Positions 48,101 to 60,600 of a DNA stretch of 64,000 nucleotides are shown one piece after another. The translations under genes were made by a program, and so were the position numbers. The DNA lies in IMG/VR virus record IMGVR_UViG_3300013936_000011, positions 1 through 64,000 of that record; one strand, written 5' to 3'. The stretch comes from a virus. Lineage: Duplodnaviria > Caudoviricetes. The first letter of the stretch is position 1, and each line of letters starts with the position of its first letter. Below the pieces are notes generated by a model. The model was not told the DNA's origin. It saw only the letters and a program-made list of their open reading frames with translations, and made no database searches.

Positions 48101-51100
48101 TCTCCAGTACGTAAAGGTAGATTCTGGAGTTTTGGTTCTGCTTCTGAATACAGAGGTGGAAGTATTACTTATTGGGAACCTAACTATTTAAAGAGAGCTA
48201 ACAGTGATTGGAAAGATGCTGGTATTTATGGAAGTATAGATAATAGATGGGCTCATAGCTGGATACCAACTCCACAACATCCATTAGCTCCTATTAGAAG
48301 ATTACTAGACCCATACTGGCTAGAAAAATATCATTTAAAAGAAAATGACAGACCTTATCCTTTAACTGGTAAAATGTTTACTGAAGGTACAGCCTGGGGT
48401 GCAGTACTTAATCCTACTATTGGACAAATATTAAAACCAGTTAAAATGCTACCTCAAGTTAAACGTCGTTTAGGTAGAGACGGTAGAGATTCTGTAGCTA
48501 TAATAGAAAACTTAAATAACAGAATCAAACAACGTGCTAAAGAAAATGATGACTTAATGGTAGTTAATGGTACAGATATAAGAAATGCTGAGTACGTTCC
48601 ATACGGTAATCCAGATGATGATGAACTTAATGTAACTGTTTCAAATGGACATGCAACTGTACAAGGCATGAATTATATGGACCAAGTTAAGAACATAAGA
48701 GAGTATGAGCCTCCAGATGGAGTGACTTATACAAATGATACTATAGATTATAATAGTGGTACAGTTAGCAGAAAACAACAATACATAGTAAGCAAAGCTG
48801 AAAAATTTGTAGATGAATTGGATAGAAGCAGTTACAATGCTACTAGTATAACTGAAAGTGCTACTAATATAATTAAAAAAGTAAATACAGCAATTAAACG
48901 TAAGAGTAAACATGCTAGACGAATAGATAATTCTACTTTAATGCCAGATAAACGTGAAGGTACTTTTGTATATCGTAACTTAGCAAATGAAAGGCTTAAT
49001 TACGATAATCAATATTACTCAGACCATGAAATTAAAAAGATGGTTGATCGTAGCGTTTATAAAGATTATGCCAGAGATGTTAAGCACAGTATAAAAGACC
49101 TTACTGGTATATATGGATTCCTTGGTGATAAAGCATTTGGTACAGATACATATACTTATCGTTTTGCTAATGCTGGTGAAATGACAAGTTTCAGCCGTGG
49201 ATTCTGGGATTCTAACATTGGTGGTTTAGGTGGAGAATTTATGGAAATCGCTAGACGTTTCTTCCCTAATACTGATAAGTCTAGAGTAAGTTATAATCCA
49301 TTAAGAAATAATATGCCAGATTGGATACCAGATACATATCATTATGGAGACCCTTATGTAGAAATACCTAAAGGCGAAATGAGACTTCCTGGTAAGGGTT
49401 ATGAAGCTATGTATGATTTGCATCCTGACCAATTCGGTAGATATGGTGCATTTGATAGATATAAAATCTTAGCAGATATTGCTCCTAACAGTACTGAATT
49501 TAAGAAATGGAAGAACATAGCTAAGAATACAGTAACGGATCCTAATTTAGTTAAAGAGATGGAAGACATTGGCGTACGTGCATCCAAGATGAGTGGTAAT
49601 CACGAATTCTTTGATTATAAATACATACGCAACAATCTTGAATACAGAAAAGGTAGAGTTCAAGGAATAAGCAATGGCCAAGTCGTATTAGCTGGCGGTG
49701 AAACATTAACATTAGCTGGACTTAACGTAAATGACCAAACTACTGAAGCATTAAAAGAATACTTAAAACCTGGACAAAAGATTACATATCGTACATATAA
49801 AGACAAGAAGATAGATTTAGAAAATACTCAAAGAATAACAGAAGCTGTAGTATATAGTGGCTCATCAAATATAAATGAGAGATTATTAAACGAAGGATAT
49901 GCTGAAAAGAACAAAGAAGATAATTCGGCTCTTGGTATAGCTGGTACACAATCTGGTCATCAAGAAGTTATGGGCGGTCTTCAAGAAGTTATAGCACATG
50001 CTCCTTTACCATACGTACACAGTAAATTCTTAAAAGTAGAAACTCCTCTTGAATCTTATAAGAATGAATTGTATTATGGACATCCATTTAATACATGGGA
50101 CCATCCTATTAAAGGATTCGTAACTCCTGCATTTAATAAAAATAGCGGTAAGAGTCTTGCAGGTGAAGCAGTAGCATTAGGATATGCTTATCTACACTTT
50201 AGTAAAATAGCAGGTAAAACTAGTAGTAAGTTATTAAGTAACGTTAGCACATTTACTATGGCTACATTAAATCCTGCATCATTCCTTGGTATAGCTTTAG
50301 GTTATGCTACTAGATTAAGTAATGGTAAGATAGAAGGTAATGGCGGAAGCTCTTTAACTAATGCACAAAAAGGAGCAGCTATTACTACTGCTATTAGTGC
50401 TGCTAAATATGGTTGGGATAATGCAGATAATCCTCTTAAAGCAGCTACTACATTTGCATTTGCTGGTAGTGTAATATCTCATAACCTAAAAGGCGTAAAT
50501 GAATTTGCAAGAGAAGCATTTAATAAAGAACTTAATTTCTTGCCTGGTGATTTTAAAGCTGGTGCTAAGATAGGAGCTCTCGTAGGTTTAGGAGTGTCAG
50601 CTATAAAGAACTCTCATTTTGACAAAGACAAAATATTCTCAACTAAATTTGTTCCTAAAGAAACAAAGGAAAGATGGGACATAGATGAATATTATGACAG
50701 AATGGAATATGTTAAATATATGGGATTATACAGAAAAGCAGCTAGAAAAGCTGAATTTTTTGAACATTCTAATATAAGAAGCACATTTAAAGAGTTAGAC
50801 AAGAATAAAGAAAAGATAGCTAAGCTTGATAGAAAAGCTACTAAACTTGCAACTAAGAATTCTACTAATGAAAAGATACAAAGCAAATTAACTGAAATAC
50901 AACAACAAAGACAAGCTCTTGAAGAACAAAACAACATGTTCTTTAAAGGTGGCAAATATACACAATCTGCTGTAGCTTATAAGAAGAAAGCAGAATCTAC
51001 ATTATATGGATTAAGCCCTACATCTACTAAAGATGAGTTACTAGCTGCAGTTCCAGATGAATATAAAGATCACTTCCAAGCATTTATGGACGTTACAGAT

Positions 51101-51595
51101 AAACATGAACAAAAACAAATATTAAAATATATGCCAGATTATTTAAAACGTCCATTGCAAATATCATGGGGACAAAAACCTGATAAGATGGAATCTAATT
51201 ACAGATATTTCAAAAGAAAGAAAATGCCTTCTATGTTCTGGAAAGGTTGGAAACCTAATGTGAATCTTAAATACGTTAAGATGAAAACTATTCAAAACGA
51301 AGGTATGATGTTATCTGATTTTGGTTACTATGAATCTGAAAAAGCTAAGCCTATGTATGAGGCAGCTCCTAGTATAGATGATTATAATAATAATTCAGGA
51401 CAATTATATAGAACTAATCTATTAACATCTTTACATGGTATGGGAATAGGACCAATGAATATATCTGTTAAAACTACATCAGCCCCTGGTCTATGGATAT
51501 ACGGTGATGTAAAGAGTACAGTAAGCGATGCTACAAAAGTAGCAGGCTATAAAGTAGCTACTGCAGCTCAAACATTGTCTAGTTTAATATTTTAA
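45167..51595 (+). CDS. 2142-aa virion protein in the tape-measure position, with a degenerate SNase-like segment and hydrophobic Gly/Ala helices
   Basis: Follows the chaperones; TLAGL...VVY...NINERLLNEGYA segment; hydrophobic segments near both ends. Confidence 0.6.
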   Translation: MARKRRDKKRDPSTLERLSKVSVTALAVGAGAVFLNRNKSVNKFLTDTASPLLKSTKGFKKDLIGRDKKNLMTYYRAYQKNFGKNRSKLRDEIKRRKISPLALNVKNSKAVRDALEHKQFVSKTGYKALEKNKRIAGKILARQELYKYFLQSEKYKHLTEDNARQIVKNVYDKLDDEAIASKIIDEMIPKTMEGIGIEKIDFNEIFTLINEVKKKSSPKTNSLDPYLRKNKDLFDSLKGHRTREESAFDKVDKFFKKFLDVDINSEKFITSSKAATIGDLEDNLEKFDFESPLYEKMNVTAKKPSTRSKRKEFDYDTFIQTLKDMYGEEDYRNVVLDPSIRIKDGADGPEFFSVEEMSETMKNIKNGFKDTLPGQILAKGFDDKRGMPDIAIIPADTKSAFARARTFDIDEVGQAFKEDRERNISSTPSLYMDGYLYDMRENADGKVTIDFDSGQRVKMVSGYKRRVLNELLGTTDEYKPEAFHSELAKKLGLVQDGKFNPINHLMRSLTKFEDPNWEFNQIESIEGIYLSTASPADTVKDMRSLGTAETEISKYKSRLHRNEETVAALLNKKLTGITDETMEAIIDSGNITEKQRDMLQALMDGDITFYIKAAAFDEAGNYNLKDIKNDKLRNIVNNLITDTKATLDSTETLYKKGAALPILELEFDSSTKLNLEGQLRIETVKDILLNKQGTDDAMFNWIDELNVNDIPITSKDNAMLKSMGTLAVFEDRTHLGTISNFTSAVNSLYENTDYTLNTELELNPQMKNRFENDLGSIKSDFGLFSIGYNKNLNEEYGTDYTKYGLIHMSSASQILTYNMNEGIKFNAQALKDTVRELNAGRNDPEHITELTINLQYLLSRLSYSVEGEGLGLSANDMGSPLETVKNIALKRLLPAAAIYQGYNVLNYESQKLTGTSIPGAFANSLANIDIASRRLIENTPLYGALNSLAESSVIHEYYFGDRHFNTAEEEQEYYETGYSPVRKGRFWSFGSASEYRGGSITYWEPNYLKRANSDWKDAGIYGSIDNRWAHSWIPTPQHPLAPIRRLLDPYWLEKYHLKENDRPYPLTGKMFTEGTAWGAVLNPTIGQILKPVKMLPQVKRRLGRDGRDSVAIIENLNNRIKQRAKENDDLMVVNGTDIRNAEYVPYGNPDDDELNVTVSNGHATVQGMNYMDQVKNIREYEPPDGVTYTNDTIDYNSGTVSRKQQYIVSKAEKFVDELDRSSYNATSITESATNIIKKVNTAIKRKSKHARRIDNSTLMPDKREGTFVYRNLANERLNYDNQYYSDHEIKKMVDRSVYKDYARDVKHSIKDLTGIYGFLGDKAFGTDTYTYRFANAGEMTSFSRGFWDSNIGGLGGEFMEIARRFFPNTDKSRVSYNPLRNNMPDWIPDTYHYGDPYVEIPKGEMRLPGKGYEAMYDLHPDQFGRYGAFDRYKILADIAPNSTEFKKWKNIAKNTVTDPNLVKEMEDIGVRASKMSGNHEFFDYKYIRNNLEYRKGRVQGISNGQVVLAGGETLTLAGLNVNDQTTEALKEYLKPGQKITYRTYKDKKIDLENTQRITEAVVYSGSSNINERLLNEGYAEKNKEDNSALGIAGTQSGHQEVMGGLQEVIAHAPLPYVHSKFLKVETPLESYKNELYYGHPFNTWDHPIKGFVTPAFNKNSGKSLAGEAVALGYAYLHFSKIAGKTSSKLLSNVSTFTMATLNPASFLGIALGYATRLSNGKIEGNGGSSLTNAQKGAAITTAISAAKYGWDNADNPLKAATTFAFAGSVISHNLKGVNEFAREAFNKELNFLPGDFKAGAKIGALVGLGVSAIKNSHFDKDKIFSTKFVPKETKERWDIDEYYDRMEYVKYMGLYRKAARKAEFFEHSNIRSTFKELDKNKEKIAKLDRKATKLATKNSTNEKIQSKLTEIQQQRQALEEQNNMFFKGGKYTQSAVAYKKKAESTLYGLSPTSTKDELLAAVPDEYKDHFQAFMDVTDKHEQKQILKYMPDYLKRPLQISWGQKPDKMESNYRYFKRKKMPSMFWKGWKPNVNLKYVKMKTIQNEGMMLSDFGYYESEKAKPMYEAAPSIDDYNNNSGQLYRTNLLTSLHGMGIGPMNISVKTTSAPGLWIYGDVKSTVSDATKVAGYKVATAAQTLSSLIF

Positions 51596-51620
51596 AGCCA
51601 TGTTAAACCATGGCTTTCTT
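51594..51620 (+). terminator. Terminator-like hairpin
   Basis: AAAGCCATG-TTAAAC-CATGGCTTT then CTT. Confidence 0.55.
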
Positions 51621-51654
51621 CGTAATATACATAAGAAGGTAGGTGTGTGCGTAT

Positions 51655-54600
51655 ATGGCGAATTTTAATAAAAATATTACGATATATGATAATAAATATA
51701 GTGTCGTTAAAGGTAGAAGAGCTGATGGTACTTTTAGAAGTGGCAGTGAGACATTAGCAGACAGACAGAAGAGAGTAAGTACTAAGTTTGCTGATGACAT
51801 AACAGCTATTCAAGACTTTGTTGATACTTTTGCCAATCAATCTAAAGTCATCTTTAGAGATGATAATACATTGGTTCTTAAAACTTCTCATAAGCCATTT
51901 GATAGAGTAGAAGAAAGCGAAGCTGCTAAGAAAGCTTTAGATATATTAAATACTAATAAATTTTTCAATACTATCACAAACAAAACAAGTCCTAGTAACG
52001 TAACTCTTAAATATCATAATTTAGCTAATATAAATACTACTGCTTCTTATGATAATATGAGTCATGTATTTGATAAATATCAAAACATAATAAAGAGTAA
52101 TGGTACTATAGTCGGTTACGACCTTGAAACACTTGGTGGTATGTCTGATGGTATATGGAATCCATTAGGTATAACTGAATTCGGTATTAATAAACAACAC
52201 ATAGTTAATGGTAAAGTAGCTAAAACAACTAGTGAGAATATCATGCTATCTGGTACTGTAAATCATACAGCTGAGTTAAATAAAATCAGAGCCGTACTTA
52301 TGAGTCCTAATGGTGCTAAGAAATTAGCAGAAGATCCTCAATATAGAGGTCTACTTGTTTCTGCAAAACGTTATAGTATGTACGGTCATAAAGATACTAA
52401 GATACATTTTGATGGAAAGAAAGGCTACGGAGTAATCGACTCATTCGTCGGTGAAAAAGGAGAAGCTTGGGGTAATTTAGAACAGATTACTGCAGGTGTT
52501 AATAAATTTATAAATATAGAAAAACAAGCTTCACAAGCCATAGATGAAGCTTCAGGATTAAGAAAAGATGTTAAAACATCTATTGATTATATATTCGATA
52601 TAATGAAGACAGGAAACGATCAACACGGTTTAGTAGTAGGTCATAATATACGTGGATTCGATAATGCTGCACTTAATCAATATGTAAAGAAACTTTATAA
52701 CAGTGATAAAGCTGCACAGAAATATATAACTAGTAAAATGGGTATCCTAGGAATAAATACTCCAGGATTCCATTTAGGACCTATTGCACAAGCCGATTCA
52801 TTAAACTTTTCTAGGGTAGTAAATAACAAGAATTATATGGGTGCATTACTTGATGTATCTGATAGAGGACGTCAAATACTTGCTCAAGCTGGACGTGGAA
52901 TTAATAAGCAAGAAAATATAGGAGCAGTATTCTTCCCTCACTTATTCGAAGGTGCTATGGCGCATAGTGCAGGTAACGATACAGCCGTAGTTAATGCGTT
53001 CTTTACTCATAGATTTACAGAAGATTATTTAAAGAAGATAGGTATCGATCAAGATGCTATCGGTACTTTTAAAGGCAAAACTCTTATAGAAGCTATGAAT
53101 GATATGATGGGCTCTTTCGATAATGCTGTCGATATTAAAGCTAATCGTCAACAAATATTTATGGCTAATAAAACTATGAATGGTAGCTTTGGCGGTAAGA
53201 AAGTATTTAACTTTACACGAGATAGCCAAGGAAATATAATAACTTCTACTGGTCATTTTATTAATCCAAATGGAGGTATAGAATATAATCCTGTACATGG
53301 TAAACAAATAGGTGTAGTTAGAAATCAACCATATACTATAGTTAATTATGGTTCCGTAAACACATCTCAATATTCAGGGCAATTAGCTAACTTAGTACCT
53401 GAGTTTGCAACGGATGAAGCGTATTATTTAAATCTAGAACAAGTAGTTGGTGATAAATATAAATCAAGAACAAATCCTACACAGACTACTATGTTGTTCT
53501 CTACTAAAGAAGAAATGGAAGGCTTTATAGATTCATACTTGACTCCATTTGCTGAATCTACTACAGGTGGAGGATATAAATATCTTGGTAACAGAAAAGT
53601 AGCTGAATCATACGCTAAACAATATATGCTTACTGATAAAGGTTTAGAATTTAATCAACAACAATGGAATAGTATGTTTGAAGCTGAACAAATCAAAGGT
53701 GCTTTAAATTCTAATTTCGAAAGAAGATACGAAAAGAAAGCTGCTGAAAACTTCTTATTTGGAGATAAGTCTGCTAAAAGAATTGGTGAGTCATTAGACT
53801 TTATAGAATACTTGAACAAAAAGAATTTATCTGCAATGACTGCTGATGATTTAGGACGTATCTATTACAATAAATACAGCGGAATGAAAGTAGGAAATGT
53901 AGAAATTACTAAGAACCTAGCCGATGAAATTAGAGAGAACATCAAAGATACATTCGGATTCCATCCTAGAGACGAAAACGGTAAGCCTCTTGAAAAGAAA
54001 ATATTATTAGATGCTACTGCAGATAATGCTATAGCTTCATTCGAACATGTTAAAGAACAAGAGAAATATTATAGAAATGCGTTAAACACAGTTTTTAAAG
54101 CTCACAATATAAATCCTAGTCAACATGGTAGTTATGGAGTAACTATAGCTAAAAGTGGTCAAGTCATGGCTGCAATTAATAATGACTTTATTACTCTTAA
54201 TGATGCATTAAGTGTTCCAGTAGCTAATTCTGTAGGAGAATTTATGGATTTATCTGAAAAAGGCGTACGTAACTTAGCATTAAATGCTGATACTCAACTT
54301 ATGCCTAAAGCTTTAGTAGATAATATGTATGAATTCAAATTAAGTAAAGATTTTTATTTCAATAAGAAAGCTAGTAATATTAATGGCCTTATGTCACCTA
54401 AAGAGTATCAAAACATAATTCAATATAGTCTTGATAGTTCTGACCCTGGCATGAACTTTATAGATAAGCTTATTAAAATACAAACAGGTGCTACACGTCA
54501 ATTAACAGAGACAGAAAGAATACAATCTGGTAGACAAGTATTTTATCAATTTGTAAATGACGAGTTATCTAAAGATAAAGTACTTAGCAAAAATCAACAT

Positions 54601-57600
54601 ATAATAGAACTAGGTAGTTATGTACAAAAGAAAGACTATAACCTACGTCATGCTTTATCATATTTAGAACAAGGTATTTCCGAAGTTCGTGAAGCAAATC
54701 CAGAAGCTGGAGTTATTAGATCAACTGCAAAACGTGGAATAAAAACTAATTATTTAATGAGTAAATACAGAAATAATCTAACTCCTGAAGCGATGGCAGA
54801 AACCATGAAAGGTATAGGTAAAACCGTAGATGTATCTTCAGCAAAGGGTACAGAGAGAAAGAAAATGGTTGAAAAACTAGTCAACAGCTTTATCATAGAT
54901 GAAGGCACTTTCTCTAGAGATTTAAAAGCATTGCATGGTTCAAACACTGACGCCATAGAAGATACTATGTTAGCATATCGTACATTAAAGAAACAATATG
55001 GAACATTTGTTAATGACTTAATAGATGCTGCAGGTAACGTAGATATGAATTTAGTATTTAATGAAAAGTCTGGCAGACTATTTGTTCAAAAAGGAGAAAA
55101 GATGGTCGACTTAGATAATATAGCTAGAATTATAAGCGACCAAGGTGCTTTATATGGTAAGAGTGGAAGTCAAAGACTTGCTATACACCATGTACTAGAA
55201 TATGATCAAAGAGCGAAGGCTTTAAAATATAGAACTAATTTAGATGACCATTTCGGCGGAATGAAGACTTTAGTTAAAAGAATTGATAAGTTAGCTGAAA
55301 AGGGCGAAGTAGACCTTGACTCATTCAGAAGAGCTGTTGGTAAATTACAAGTTGATCTTAATGAAGCTCCTGTTTATAAATATAATTATGGTTCTTTATT
55401 ATTAGCTAATAGCCCAGTTGATATAAGAGGAGTAGATCCATTATATCCTGAACTATTTAAAGAAGATGGAGAATTCCATAGCATTATAACTCGTATGAGT
55501 AATAACGATAAATTCAATGTTGATGATTTACAAAACATAATGGAAAGAAGAATACCAGAGTCTTTAGAGCCTGGTAAACTTGATCCTATGCAAAGATCAT
55601 TAATGTCTCCAGACGTAGTCCCTATACTACAAGAGTTCAATAGAGCTACTACTAATAACTCTGTTGTCGATAGAATATTAAAACATATAAATGATACTGG
55701 TAAAGAAACTAAAGAGACTAAAGGTATAAAAGTAGTCAATGAATTGTATATTCCACAAGGCTCTGGAGGATTTGATAACTATGGTCGTCCAGTATCAGTA
55801 TCTGCTTTTAATAGAAACTGGATAAAAGCGAACACTATAGAAGAAGCTAGTAAGACATATGAAAATCTATTAATAGGTGCTAGAGTTATAGATACTAAAC
55901 AAGTACATGCAAACATATATAAAAATGTTAAAGAAGTCGGTAATCTAGCAGGTGACTTTGCAATAAGACAATTAAATATGTCAAACCAAAACATATCTCA
56001 ATTAGTTAAATACAAGAGAAATTCAGTAATTGATTCTATTATAAATAAATATTCAAACGATCCAGATAGAAAATATATAGCAGATGATGTTGAACAAATA
56101 ATGTCTGAAGTGGAACATATAGTAAGAGGTTCTGTATATGAACAAGGTAAACTTATGGACCCTGAATTATTTGAAAGACTTATCGGAGATAATCCTCAAG
56201 ACGTTAGAAAGATAAGTTATAACTTAAATGCTATTCCTGCTATAGAAGCTATGCTTGAAAGGGAAGATCCTGAGAAATTAATCAAGACTAAAATCCCTCA
56301 AATGAGGGAGATGTTTGGTGAATTAAAGAGAGACGAAAATGGACATTACAGATATGTTAAGACTCCTGGTACTATTATTAAACGTGGAGAAACTATATTC
56401 CCTTATGAAGCATTCGGCGATATAGAAAAGAGATTCGGTTCTAAATTCCCAGAGAGTGTATTAAGTCTGAAGTTTAGAAACAAAGAAGGTATTGAATTAT
56501 CTGAAGCCGAAATATCAAAAATTATAAATGATACTTTTGGTAAACAGGATATTGATATAAAAGATGTAATCAATCTATTTTCAAATGGCGATGAGTTTAC
56601 TGCAGCATATGAAGTAGCGCATATTTCTCAACAAGAATTACCTAAGACTTTCTCTAACAGTGCTGAAAAATCTATGACTCGTATACCATATGCAAAAACT
56701 GGTTCGCACGATCCGAGAATAAGAAAGATATTAACTGATACTGAAAATGATCATTGGGTTAAAAATATTGTATTGAGAGATGAGACTCTTGATGCTTGGT
56801 ATCATGATTTAGAAAAAGCTTATAAAGATGGTGGCAAGACAGCAAAAGATATTCTTAAACAAAATGGTTTTGATACTATACAAGATTTAAAAGAAGCTGC
56901 TAAACGCGAAAGATTACTTTATCGTGATTTTGTATTTGGTGAAAATAGTATATTTGGCATGGTATCTGTAATAGCTAATGATAATGTTACAGGCCATGAA
57001 AATATGGGTCATCAAATGTCTAGTGCATTAGGTGAAGCTATAAGACTTACTGGTAAATACACAGCTAAACCTGGTGCTAGCAATACTGAACAATGGGAAT
57101 CAGGTATAAATAAAGTAGCTGAAATAATAGCTTCCGATCCTAAGAAATTTGGCTTTATAAGAGAAATGGATAGTAGCAAAGGTGTAAATGAAGCTAAGAC
57201 ACTTGATATTTCTCAAAACCTATCATTGCTATTTAGTACAAATACATATGATAAAAATAAAAAAGGCATTGAAGTATTAGACTCTGAAAAGATAGTTAAT
57301 TTATTCAGAGAGATAGATAAAACTATACTTAAGAATGCTCCAGAAGAAGATAGACTAGTTCATACTAATCTTGAAGGTGTAGATGAATTAGTTGGAGCTG
57401 TTAAGACAATAACTGTAGACGGCAAGAGACATGCTATTGGTTCTGTAGGTGTTACTTCTACTGCATTTGCTGAAGATTCAGAAGTGCAATCTGGTGTCAG
57501 TCAAGAATATCTTGATGCTAAAAAAGCTTTAAGACAATACACTCATATGTTGGATCAAGTAAAGGCTATTAAGCCTGAAGATCTTACAGAACAACATATT

Positions 57601-60600
57601 AACTTGCTTAAGATTCTACCAGAGAGAATAGAAGAAATACGTAACGAAATAGATGCTATGTCTGACGGTGCTGCATTTATGAAAATAGATGATCAGCTTA
57701 GAAACATACTTAGTAACTCAGCTTTAAACAGTACTACTGAAAGACGTTTAAGTAATTTAATTGCAAACAGTAGTGATCCTTATGGGTATACTAAATTGAT
57801 AGAAGAAGCTTCTGATAAGTTAATAGCTCGTAATAAAGATGGAGAATTTGAAATAAATAAAAAGTATAAAACAGATAATGTCAATAGACCATGGCTAGAA
57901 GATGTTAAACAACAAATTACTTTCAATCCATTAGAAGAAGACGAGTTAACTGAAAAGATGTTAAAGGAAGAAGAATACAGACATCTTGAGCCTATATACA
58001 ATGAAGTAGTCAGAAAACGTGGTATGAAACTAGGAACTGATAGCGCCGAATTATTCTATCAAGGTAATATCGCTTATGCTGGTGCTAAATTTAATGCTGG
58101 CGGAAATGTTGATTTACAGCCTTTATTAGACAAAGGAGTTGAAGTTGTACCTGCAGAAAAATATGTAGGTAATCTTGGCAGAGCTTCAGCTGGTCAATTT
58201 GTAAGCTCATATGCTGACAAAACTATATTATTAGACTTAGGTGAAAACTATGCTAATATGTCTGAAACAGGAAACAGATACATAGCAGTACCTGGATTAG
58301 GTAATGTAGTGAACAGTCAAGAAATTAAAAGAGATTGGCAAAAGACTGCAGGCGCTTTAGCTAATACATGGCAAGAATGGTCTAACCTAGGATTTAATGA
58401 TACTGAAGAAGGTCTTAGATTAGTTAGCAGAATGGATGACTTATACGATAAATTAAATACTGAAAGTCAACAAATAGTTAAGAAAGGTAACGTATTTGCA
58501 GAGAAAGCGAAAGTAAGAGTTAATGCTCCTGCACAACGTCTTAAAATACAAGCTACTCTTGGCGAATCAGAACTTCACGATCCATTAATAGATAAGATAA
58601 GAGCAAATACTCCTGATAATTATAAGGTTGATGAAGACTGGTTCAGAGACAATGCGACAATATTAGGTAAATCAGTATCTGAATGGGAAAAACATGGTCC
58701 TAATGGTCCTAGCTTATATTATAACTACAGATTATCATCAATGTCAGACTTCCAAAATAAAGGTTATTTTGATTATGATTTCATGAGACAAATGGGATTC
58801 ACTAAGAAAGATGCTAGTGGAAACATGGTACCTATTACTGATAAAACTGAGTTACGAAGTGAAATGATAAACTATTTAAAAACTCATGGTACTATGGATA
58901 TCTCAGACCGTTATCCTAATATATATGATACATCTGCACTTACTAACTATACATTCTTAGACACAACATTAGCTGATAATGCTACAGCTATAGCAGGACA
59001 TACTTTATCTAATCTTAATGGTGACCTTGACGGTGATTCAGATTCAACAGTTAAAATAGCAAAGAATAACGTAAACTATCTTTTATATAATAAGCATAAA
59101 GAAGATTCTATGGCACAAATGAAAGCTGATTTAAAAGCTCAAAACATAGATATAGATTCTTTAGACAAAGATATGGTTGAAGAAAACTTACGTAGAAATA
59201 CTATTCAATCAATGAAGCAAAATAATGTCAGAGGTACTGCTGAAGAACTTGGCGAAGCTTATGATTTCTTTAGAGGAAAAGAATTAGAATCTATTAGAGT
59301 CGCTGTAGATAATGCTAAAGTTGTAAGAGAAAACGTAGCAGAGACACTTGCTAAAGATAGTGGTAGAGCTTATAAATCTATGGCTTTATCAGTAGATGGT
59401 AAAAACTTGTTAGCAGAAGTAGAAGGTGGACGTTCATCTCTTGGTAGATTAAGAACGTTTAATAGAAGAGAAAACGTTGGAGCTGGAGAATTAGTTAAAA
59501 GCGATAACGAATTAAAAGATTATTTCGCAGAAGCTGTAAATGTATTAGATAAACAACCTGATTTATTTAAAGGCGAAAAGTTTAAATACGTTGAAGGCAT
59601 GAGAGAAATAGGAGATAAAGAATCTGCTAAGACTGTTGTTTCATTTGGTAATAACCAAAGAGAAGCTTTAGATGAAATGCTTTACATATTACAAAAGAGT
59701 GGTAGTCAGATGGCTGACCAAGCAGAAACTGCAGCACTTGGAAGAATTCAACAAAATAAATATGTCGAATCACTATTATTCAAAGGTTCTAAAGATGCCA
59801 TAGGTTTGGTTGATGCTCAATTATATGCTATGAAGCAAGCATCTGATAATTACTTTGCTCAAGCAGAAAAAGATACTGAACGTAGATTAAGATTATCTGG
59901 TATGAGCGAAAGTGAAATCAGAAATAGTCCTGAACTAAAATCTATTGCATTAAAAAGAGGAAATATAACTTTATTCTCTGGCGGTTCAGAACAAGATATT
60001 ATATCAGCTAAAAAGCTTAAAATGTACGCTGGTGATGATCGTTTCATGTCATTTGGTGGAACAATGCAATCAATAAGAAGTGGTAGAGCTACACAAGAAA
60101 CTCGTGAAGACTTCTTAGATTGGTTCGAACGTTACGGTAAATTCTCTACTGTAGCTAGTCAATTTGATACATGGGCAGATGATGGTACATTAAGTGAATC
60201 TATGATTAATAAAGCTTCTTCTTATATTGATAAATATGAAAAAGAAGGCGTTAAAGATGCTGCTGAAAAAGGTAAAGCTATGTATCTTGCTGAACACTAT
60301 TATGATACTATAGATACATTAAATAAGAATAATGAAAGCTTTAGAGCAGATGCTAACTTATTTGCTGTATTCGGTAGAAATGGTGGTAGCGTAGAAAGAT
60401 TAGTTAATGTAGAAGGAGCTTCTGGTGAGAGTCACACAGCTTTAATACAAAGTTTATTAAGTGGCCAAGATGTATCTTATAAAGACCATGACTTTGAAAA
60501 ACAAGGCACTAGAGTTATGGCAGATAGATTAAAGAATATAAATAACTTTAAGAACATTACTAAAGCTAGTAGCGAAACATTAGAACATATAGTTGAAGGT

